Positions 60,701 to 64,000 of a DNA stretch of 64,000 nt are shown here, piece after piece. This stretch comes from an archaeon (GTDB lineage: Archaea > Nanobdellota > Nanobdellia > Woesearchaeales > GW2011-AR15). The notes beneath the pieces were generated by a model that did no database searches, was not told the origin of the DNA, and saw only the letters and a list, made by a program, of their open reading frames with translations. The position numbers and the translations under genes were made by a program. Position 1 is the first letter of the stretch. The number at the start of each line of letters is the position of its first letter. The stretch spans positions 15,202 through 79,201 of the forward strand of contig JAZDLQ010000017.1 in NCBI GenBank assembly GCA_043801855.1. The letters run 5' to 3'.

Positions 60701-63700
60701 AAAAACAGGCAATGACTCAATTTATGCAGGAGTTTATAATTCAACTGGGTCTTCGATGGCAACTCCATTTATTGTTGAGGGCAATTCATCCCAGAACTAC
60801 TTATTATTAGATGCAGTTGGAACATATTCAGTTCTTGGGTATGGCCTTTGCAATACAACTTTTGCAATCGCATACACAAATTCAAGCGGCTTGACAAAAC
60901 TTAAAACATACATGTATGATGGTACACCTTGGAATGGCATATGTGATTTTCAAGGCCCAAATATAACTCTTGACCGGCCTGTTAACAGCACAACAATTCT
61001 AACCAGAAGCTATGTAATTAATGCAAGTGTTAGGGACCAATCAAAAATTGCAAATGTTACTTTCTTATACAGGGAAAACCTAACAGCTGACTGGAATGTT
61101 GCATGTGTTGATTCTGATATATTAAATAATGTTTATGCAGAATGCAATTGGAACCTAAACGGCCTTCCTGAAACATATGAATACCAAGTAAGGGCATATG
61201 CAACTGATATTGCAGGAAACATTGGCGTTAATGATACACATGGAAATATTTCAGTAATACTAGGGCTTCCTGTTATCCAAAGAATACAATGCCTTGAAAA
61301 TGCAGTATGGCAAGATTGCTCACTTCTTGCATATCAGGATGTGATTAAAGGTGTCAGAGTCAACTGCACTAGTGAAGAAGGAACAATTATTAATGCAACT
61401 TTTAATTTGACAAATGTTCCTGACTCATCGACATATTTCTTTAATATCTCAACTGATTTTGAAAATGGCTACTGGGTGCATTATAAAAATATGACAATTA
61501 ATGATTCAGGATTATTCTATATGTATGCAAAATGTATAGATAATTCTTCAGCATATAAGCAGGGATATTCAACATGGCTTGTTCCGTGGGGAAACTTAAC
61601 ATCAACTCTTATCTCACCTAATGCAAATACTGATGTTGTTCAGAACCTGACATTCTTATTTACCAGTAGTGTTGCCTGCAGCGGCGGAGAATGCGGAAAT
61701 ATAAATTCAACACTTGACCCTGATGTAAACTGGTGGAACCGCTCGTGGAATTACAGAAAAGAAATCTCAATTATAAATAACGCAAGCAGCAATGCAACCA
61801 ATATTCCAGTATATATAAGAGTAAGCGCCGAATCTGCAATGAGGTATGATTACAATGACATAAGGTTTTTTGGGGCAGGATGTCTTGAGCAGGGACAGCT
61901 ATTAAATTATGATCTTGAATACAATAGTTCAGGCTTCGCTGTATTCTGGGTAAGAGTTCCTGCCATTCTTCCTGGAAATAATACAATCTGTATGTATTAT
62001 GGAAATCCAAATGCAACATTGCAGGCTAATCCCCAAGTAGTGTGGAATATTTCTGAATATGGAATAGTCTATCACATGAATTTGACAGGCGATGATTCAA
62101 CATTAAATAACAGAGACAGGATATCAAATTACGGCGCCCCATCTGCTGATGACGGGACAATTGGCTATGGGATTGGCTTTGATGGAAATGACGGCTGGAA
62201 CCAGATAAATCTTGCATACTGGGAAATTGCTTGGAATAACAGGACACATGAGGTATTTTTTACAACAAGTTCAGATGTTAATTCAAGGCAGACAGTTTTT
62301 GCAGAAGGAGATACTGCAAACGGCGCCATGATGTATATTTTAAACGGCAATCTTTATTCAAGATGGTGGAGCGAGACAAACGGACTTGGAGGAGATGTGT
62401 TTTCTTATCCTATAACAGAAGGCACCCAGTATCATGCTGTTATGACTTATACAAACCCTGGAAACCACTCTTTTTATCTGAATGGCAGGCTTGTTATGTC
62501 AAACACCTCAACTGCAACAATTGCAGCGCATGGAGGTAATGGCGGTATTGGCTATACTGGTTCAAGTTCAAAAGATTATCATGACTTGTTAGGCAGCCAG
62601 GGAAATTATTTCAGGGGAACCATTCATGAGTTTAGGGTTATTAACTGGAATCACAATGTAACTTGGTTCAATACCTCTTATTTAACAACATTTGATAGCA
62701 GCAGATATGTATTTTATGGAGCAGAACAAATTCAAACAAAAGGAACAATTCCAATGGCTTATGGCTCAGTCCCATTCCATTCAATTACACAAAATCCACT
62801 CTCATTAGATTACCTTGCATGCCTTACTGACATGAGACCAGGATCATCTTGCACTACAGACTGGACAGTTAATGCAACAGGGGATATTGATACAACTTGG
62901 GAATTTTATGTAATAGATGAGCCTGACACTTACTCTGGCCAGTATGCACCAGTTTATTCCAGCAGGATAAATATTACAATAGTTGATGTAATAAAGCCTA
63001 AAATTTCTGGACTGCAATGCCTTGAGAATAACTCTATTTGGACATCATGCTCAAATATACAATACATGGATAATGTGACCGCTGTTAGGGCAACATGCAG
63101 GTATGCTCTTTCTAATCCTGTTATGAATATGACTTTTAGAATGACTAATATTGAGGATAATACAACCTTTTTTGATTCTTATACAACAGATAACACATCA
63201 GGCTACTGGACACTTTATCTTCCAGGATATTACATACTTGATTCAGGAGCATTTAATATATACACTAGTTGCAGTGCTGATTCATATGGAGCAACAGGAT
63301 ATTACAATGAAACATGGATTGTTCCATTTGGAAGGCTTTATGGCACATGGTATAATCCAACAGGAAACATAAATGTTACACAAAATAGTTTCTCTCCTTT
63401 TTCAGTCAATGTTGCATGCCTTGGTGGAGAATGCGGAAATGTCTCAGCAGCTCTTGATCCTCAGTCAGAGTATCCTATTGTTTATATGAATTTTGAGAAT
63501 CCTACTGATTTTGTTACAAGTGGAGGAACCTGCGGAACAGGGGCATTATGGTCTTGTGCAACAAGTGCTCCATGGGATTATTATGATAATTGCGTTGCAC
63601 CAAGCAACACTTATGGCATTTGCGCATCTCCTGATGCAAGCAGGGTTGCCGGCGGAAATGGCCTTGAATGCAGAGGCTGTGATTCTTTTGCAGGCAGCGG

Positions 63701-64000
63701 TGCAGGATTATTTATTAACCTAAATGGCACACTTTGCGGCGGATATGCATGCCAATCGTTAAATATCTCTTATTATCAGGTTGTATCAAATATGGATATT
63801 GCAACTGAGGGAAGCGCTGTTTTTGTAAGCGACCTTGACGGAACATGGCGAACAGTATCGACTTGCTTAGACAATGATGCATACTGCGATTGCGAGTCGA
63901 TATTTGGCTGCTCGCTTGCAACAATGGGAAGATATGCGCAAAAAATAAATGTTGACATATGTCAGGTATCAGGGATTAACTGTTCAGAGCCATTGAACAT
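48768..64000 (+). CDS. Giant surface/adhesin-like protein, >5,077 aa, running off the window (not in ORF track)
   Basis: MKKKLSLILCVVVFSAIASISYA signal peptide; frame stays open to the window end; six ~365-aa repeats, Ig-like and LamG-like domains, DUF2341-like domain (WWNRSWNYRKEI...DIRF...WVRVP...MYYGN) at ~61730-62010. Confidence 0.9.
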   Translation, partial: MKKKLSLILCVVVFSAIASISYANAGYVSKYIALEKETYAAKERINIIIDAQSLPQLSLRILSAEKEYSYSGPKNTVFFLTQSNGLHTVELYSQNILIDSVSFNVSDTLPIVSQPEIKEDVLQKNFSLIKNDSETINQPVPAQHSKSHYLTLDRKVYYEKTPVSINLSADRFKNESVLVIKYADKEYKFMSELTDTINYIPYTPGNYSIILKDLVNNIIESVDFEVLKNGAEIPQTDIHLNITEQNNPGLSQALPSINSSILNSSVLNNSNVSFGSLLNDTISIFENNISEFQNITNSTDNYHLMPLDNLTNLVAKPRQFIKNSKGVLMDATFNLTQEAVILEAFNGSFENISSIKKYSATFKPRSKKDFELKFNEFAFNDTTEIKFEEIDVSQVIRHKELAGLDVKDAFAIDPTQLDFASAQITTIAKGTSLYKCKEYDFTSQICNGSWIKIMDLIPGQEYSVEISHDDPAFAEVGVASINSLKSIYYPGETAELLIVVLDRYGYLAGNANVSVIITSPANYSYFLSTDIGSITTFERGIYSANFTGTMDEGYYTMLVFASGINVNQTMSSYFIVKNYYEFDIIRNAPVTIDPWKNYFNVSIEIISNNYTGTFNFTEKIPLNFSIIEAPGAILTQDDAFRYLTWRDVYNSTNFTYSANAPLITPDLYSIGPAQIYFDSQIFEEGRPWFIAVDPQFAASAKYEISLASLDNQTFVISYIDATSYAACFQVLATNGTALVGETCPNANVDVDGRIDIAAINRTHFAINIYDGTAADNNDEYYIYNRNGNQELGRTEFDANAGTNVDTTVCSLTDRLVFNWQDPNDGNDDHGEIWSYRGVNLVGETDIDANSAPGATLQNLADCAAISSTRWIAAEYDDQANSATVAVYSNTFAAAIALFNVDANVGETGQVAVTALKNNRYAFLYYDSNTQDISFAIGDITGDVNTYITGPKVIENNPGTSARVGVTEVLVNGVSYVAGTWYEQATGTIRAAVFDQYGNLTVPIFTVENNPSATNLLLGITGGDSLSGTSLCNRNFIVAYTDSANTAQYKRYNYHGEPWDGICVTDSQVPSISLNVPYNNSVYTYSNITFNITAIDNRDISLWCNISVDGVLRVTNYSAANNSFNLTTINVADGYHSWNASCADDDNNRNFTQLSYFSVDVLDNKQVDDSEGVDVAGIALDNTTIVTAWIDTKDSKASFAIWNTNGTLIKEQTVVDSLVDTISRIAITPINTTHFIISIVDGPEDDLDFYIYDRNATLVLGKTEADNDIGAFTDVKICQLGTQFVLVDANDNDNDADFRVYNNIGTIAVTELNVDGGMEPDVSLNNLVDCAALSSTRWVYSWFDDGSDVVSYSVRDNAGTSIIGQTNIDAASGGTAQVASVGLRNNRFAYAFYDAAATTVYLTIRELSGAVVNTILANTVLDATAGASSRVAVTEVEFGGVSHVAVAWQDTTTGDIKAAVYDSDGAVVAPPFTITANEDDAYSLISLVGTNSLLNFGLCDGKFAIIYTNSSNNLMFDTFFDVGVPWDGKCTPDETPPAISLIEPIAYANYTNSSILFNWSAADNIDPTVLCNLYVDGIRKAENISTGTDDFANYTLGIPDGNHTWNVSCFDSRLNLNTSVTRYFTVDVPQGYIDSNEAVDVDMAAIDNTTLIVAWIDNQAGRPASFEVWSTNGTLLVDQTIVDATGDRDSRVAVSAINRTHFAFVVADGPDDDIDIYVYHKNGSRSIGPTQLSADTAIFTDTFACSLGNRFVAGYANDFDNDADFQIYTNAGAQVLIETNVDGGMNPDERSQNLIDCTVLSSTRWIYSWFDDGSNFVSIAARDEAGTNVVAQTNIDAAVGEQAQVASANLLNNKFGFLYYDSTNNNINYTVRELSGAAFTTILPSTLLDDNAGAVAVLSAAEISDGIESYNAFVWQDNDAGNIKAAVIDSNGTIITAPFVINSAPDASYQLIDAVGYDSVINNGLCPGTFAVAYTNSSAEFTFDLFYFNGERWDGVCRYTPPSIAFSYPTPGDGVQTSNDSVQLKVSINESNMKSLTFTWDGTGYTHFDDSLVLMYNLDNVSAIGETGTRVVDLSVHGNNGTVTNAVANASCQFNGCYYFDGNNDYIQTADAPELGQRVNFTVSMWVYDTDPRVDRQLEKGDSYFFLDDINAGGCANPGRWQFLVKQSNVNFCVEDTVAHEQSRWYHILGMKNDTHISIYVDGVYKASTTLSGLIDDDDLALMIGADDSASNDFIGLIDEVRIYNNTFNSSEIRQLYYSSLNKYASDKWYLTVNEGDLAFDGNTYKAQVYDNYGSTRSTGQRTLNYYLYSLIDTDPLVDIDTIAIDSTKTVLAWIDGGSFEADFEIWDTNGTILVFSSTIDATGNAESRIALAAINTTTYVIGISDGPDTDDDIDFYIYDISGYLLSGPTEVDDNIGDAGSDESDVALCQLGDRFAIPYVDDTDVTDNSASFWMYYNNGSSIPVSYGHLDDVIAPGRTRQNLIDCAALSSSRWASVWFDDNDNDATMRLVDSDGNFLTIETDLDTDIGEIGQVASAGLPDGRFAVAYYDSTALTIAISVQDTSTDAFVPVLAPTVIDASAGADSRVSVAEVESSLGGSNFVVAWRDTNAGDIKAAVYDDDGLQVTAPFTITTLPHATSLILDVVGTNSLLGFGLCSDNFGISYANSTGSSVFEIFNIDGSHWNGICEKSPPLIEYTGQTPADLSFSTVTSFEMNVSINESNLRDVTLSMDRVDYSIYDSTLALMFNFDNISSIGDNATRALDVSRYGKNGTINGPLSWTSSGKYGGAYSFSDNADYISVPNDATLDLQSAFTLSAWIRPDNSGNSDYQSIITKETASDNRNYWLTLWTDGTLHLRFSSSSFASDCDAAGATDLRDGTWHHVAGIYNGTHCQLFLDGATHATDTVAASPQGIGSSLYIGYAQGTAGRGFDGLIDEVRIFNTAYNYSDVRQLYSSSLNKYDTDKWLFYSKEENLSTEQHHYSLTSIDLFGNTNSTAERGYSVYQQGILDDYGMIDLSLASLDNTTVVLAWIDAQNYDASFQVRSTNGTIIAGENDIDINGNATSRISVTQLNRTTFAIGIVDDPEDDVDYFIFNRDGTRVLSRTQADNDVGANTDISLCTFGARFAIANANDQDNDADYRIYSREGALQVSELNVDGGMEPDVQLHNLVSCAGLSATRYAYSWFDDGSNVVSVSIINETGGAVIAQTNIDGASGEAAQVAIAGMRNNMFGYIFYDAAAITVYGTIRQVNGVALTSILANTVLDATLGAWSRVSSAEIESYGKSYIAFGWQDTTSGDIKVTVYNASGSVITSPFVVAQNISASNVLFEIAGTNSLLGFGLCDETFAIAYTNSSGTAVIDTYDIYGNKWNGICDRNAPIASFVNPTPADRAPITQDFFTINVSINESSLSKINYAFDLSSYLIYDSNTKLLLNFDNLTSIGENSSIVADISSYGNIGNVTGALLNTSLCKTGFGKCYSFDGNLDSIEFQDSDSLSLSVNFTVSMWLYDTSVQNDNMLEKGDSYFIKDDWTADGCTTAGRFQFLVRQSNTNYCVEDLAAHNQNQWYNVVGVKNDSHISIYVNGVYRSSSALAGNIDDDNLPLVIGADDSASADFIGLVDKVAIFGKALSSAEVALLYNINIYKTDATGYALEINQTALTLGMHNYTASAMDTSLNTRQLETRLISYYSLSYLDNNPFLDIELAALDNTTVVIAYIDSYTNESSFYIMDTNGTVLVGEVDIDVDGNFESRISVAPISRNSFVIAIIDGPEDDVDFFIYNRTGGIVRDRTQVSANIASAVGDSHSDIGLCQLGDRFIITYAKDIGAGSDQDAEFQVWTNAGVLVTGETAVDDVMNAEHYNYNYVDCAATSASRWIYTWFDDGDNDISVSLRNQVGTAVLGAGDLDTDVGETAAVAATGLRNNRFATVFFDSTDNDISFEIRDVTGDSSYAMVIDNYDIDADPGTESRVAAAEIEYNGQSYFVAAWQKTGNDSIYAGVYNSTGSSMATPFIVEGNSSQNYLLLDAVGTYSVLGYGLCNTTFAIAYTNSSGLTKLKTYMYDGTPWNGICDFQGPNITLDRPVNSTTILTRSYVINASVRDQSKIANVTFLYRENLTADWNVACVDSDILNNVYAECNWNLNGLPETYEYQVRAYATDIAGNIGVNDTHGNISVILGLPVIQRIQCLENAVWQDCSLLAYQDVIKGVRVNCTSEEGTIINATFNLTNVPDSSTYFFNISTDFENGYWVHYKNMTINDSGLFYMYAKCIDNSSAYKQGYSTWLVPWGNLTSTLISPNANTDVVQNLTFLFTSSVACSGGECGNINSTLDPDVNWWNRSWNYRKEISIINNASSNATNIPVYIRVSAESAMRYDYNDIRFFGAGCLEQGQLLNYDLEYNSSGFAVFWVRVPAILPGNNTICMYYGNPNATLQANPQVVWNISEYGIVYHMNLTGDDSTLNNRDRISNYGAPSADDGTIGYGIGFDGNDGWNQINLAYWEIAWNNRTHEVFFTTSSDVNSRQTVFAEGDTANGAMMYILNGNLYSRWWSETNGLGGDVFSYPITEGTQYHAVMTYTNPGNHSFYLNGRLVMSNTSTATIAAHGGNGGIGYTGSSSKDYHDLLGSQGNYFRGTIHEFRVINWNHNVTWFNTSYLTTFDSSRYVFYGAEQIQTKGTIPMAYGSVPFHSITQNPLSLDYLACLTDMRPGSSCTTDWTVNATGDIDTTWEFYVIDEPDTYSGQYAPVYSSRINITIVDVIKPKISGLQCLENNSIWTSCSNIQYMDNVTAVRATCRYALSNPVMNMTFRMTNIEDNTTFFDSYTTDNTSGYWTLYLPGYYILDSGAFNIYTSCSADSYGATGYYNETWIVPFGRLYGTWYNPTGNINVTQNSFSPFSVNVACLGGECGNVSAALDPQSEYPIVYMNFENPTDFVTSGGTCGTGALWSCATSAPWDYYDNCVAPSNTYGICASPDASRVAGGNGLECRGCDSFAGSGAGLFINLNGTLCGGYACQSLNISYYQVVSNMDIATEGSAVFVSDLDGTWRTVSTCLDNDAYCDCESIFGCSLATMGRYAQKINVDICQVSGINCSEPLN

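Noticed and set aside
50850..60944. Diversity-generating retroelement target repeats
   Set aside because: No reverse transcriptase in the window, and the repeats differ at all base types rather than only at adenines
49385..63958. Many short ORFs listed in the track
   Set aside because: They are antisense or off-frame shadows of the giant ORF starting at 48768

Overview
AT-rich archaeal DNA, most consistent with a DPANN archaeon such as Woesearchaeota. This is inferred from the Topo VI A gene, an intron-containing tRNA, GAGGTGA ribosome-binding sites and the types of surface, KaiC and wHTH proteins. The window has six blocks. (1) The 3' end of top6A, then a ~10.5 kb accessory island (TPR proteins, SNF2+SWIM, M48 peptidase, RNase H-like, RQC-HTH) that ends in a second, diverged copy of the top6A 3' end. 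(2) tRNA-Arg(TCT) with an intron and a duplicated 3' end, thiI, an MBL hydrolase, a frameshifted LAGLIDADG remnant and an array of six hairpins. (3) An RHH-led operon with a surface protein, a membrane-anchored HerA-like ATPase fused to an ectodomain and DUF5752-like domains, two more DUF5752-like proteins and a coiled-coil protein. (4) PEPCK and an aminotransferase. (5) A signalling cluster: KaiC-like ATPases and inactive derivatives, two surface proteins, HK/RR, an output-less PAS/GAF protein, a double V4R protein, and a degenerate UbiA plus GGR-like pair. (6) A wHTH gene followed by a giant (>5,000 aa) surface protein missing from the ORF track, with six copies of a ~365-aa propeller-like repeat. 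Several real genes appear to use ATA/ATT starts. All family assignments are by motif recognition; no database searches were run.
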